Part shown: one piece after another, positions 63,398 through 64,000 of the stretch | Numbering within the stretch: the stretch's first letter is position 1 | Layout of the letters: each line of letters starts with the position of its first letter | Assembly (NCBI GenBank): GCA_963703285.1 | Contig: OY969807.1 | Coordinates: forward strand, 1,376,001 to 1,440,000 | Reading direction: 5' to 3' | From: an uncultured Nitrososphaerota archaeon | GTDB taxonomy: Archaea > Thermoproteota > Nitrososphaeria > Nitrososphaerales > Gagatemarchaeaceae | DNA length: 64,000 nucleotides | The notes under the pieces: generated by a model | Database searches by the model: none | What the model was told of the DNA's origin: nothing | Seen by the model: the letters and a program-made list of their open reading frames with translations, nothing else | Made by a program: the position numbers and the translations under genes

Positions 63398-64000
63398 ATG
63401 ACCATCCCTGGAGAGCGAGGAGGTCCGCGGGTTGTCCCGCAATCCGTGGTGGCCCCGCTGACCCGCGCTGCGATTTTTCTGGTGGTGACGGTCAACCCGG
63501 GCGCAGCGGATGCTGCGACGGTCAGGTCGCTGTGCGGGGACATCGCCGGACTCGTCCGGTCTGTTGGGGTCCGCGTCCCCGAAGCGAGCCTTTCGTGCAT
63601 AATGGCGTTCGGGTCGGTGGTATGGGACAGAGTCTTCGGCGAGTCGCGGCCTGCGGAGCTGCACAGCTTCCGGGAGATCGTCGCCGGGGAGAGACGCGCC
63701 GTCTCCACTCCCGGCGACATCCTATTCCACATAAGGGCACAGCGGATGGACCTGTGCTTCGAGCTGTCGGCCCAGATAATGAGCAGGCTCGGGTCGGCAG
63801 TCTCCATCGTAGACGAGGTGGACGGGTTCCGTTACTTCGACAGCAGGGACCTGATAGGCTTCGTAGATGGGACCGAGAACCCGAAGGGGCAGGCGGCGGT
63901 CGACGCCACCCTCGTGGGCGAGGAGGACCCCACCTTCAGCGCAGGGAGCTACGTGATTGTGCAGAAGTATCTCCACGACCTGAAGGGATGGAACGCCCTC
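63398..64000 (+). CDS. Dyp-type (DypB-like) peroxidase, runs off the window (not in ORF track)
   Basis: PQSVVAPLTRAAIFLV, TPGDILFHIRA, GFRYFDSRDLIGFVDGTENP, GSYVIVQKYLHD; frame open from ATG 63398 to the edge. Confidence 0.92.
   Translation, partial: MTIPGERGGPRVVPQSVVAPLTRAAIFLVVTVNPGAADAATVRSLCGDIAGLVRSVGVRVPEASLSCIMAFGSVVWDRVFGESRPAELHSFREIVAGERRAVSTPGDILFHIRAQRMDLCFELSAQIMSRLGSAVSIVDEVDGFRYFDSRDLIGFVDGTENPKGQAAVDATLVGEEDPTFSAGSYVIVQKYLHDLKGWNAL

Overview
A GC-rich archaeal chromosome segment, most consistent with a deep-branching Nitrososphaerota/Thaumarchaeota (archaeal r-proteins, TiaS, Tsr3, Nep1, thermosome, BHB tRNA introns, no rplX between eIF6 and prefoldin). It carries core translation and repair genes (leuS, alaS, rpl1/10/11/12/31e/39e, rps19e, spt5, secE, ftsY, mre11-rad50-nreA, dinB, ada), RNase P RNA and two multi-intron tRNAs (Gly with two introns, Phe with three). 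A metal-homeostasis cluster has three NRAMPs and tandem MntR/DtxR-like boxes. Best candidate system: a JAMM protease next to a Ubl(GG)-E1-rhodanese fusion, followed by a Cys/Met PLP enzyme. Other notable points: an RHS-bearing insertion scar that replaced the C-terminus of spt5, four +1 frameshifts that all coincide with GATTC/GAATC, a microhomology deletion chimera, a free-standing LAGLIDADG gene beside rnpB, and a bacterial-type DyP at the right edge. All calls come from motif recognition by eye; no searches were run.
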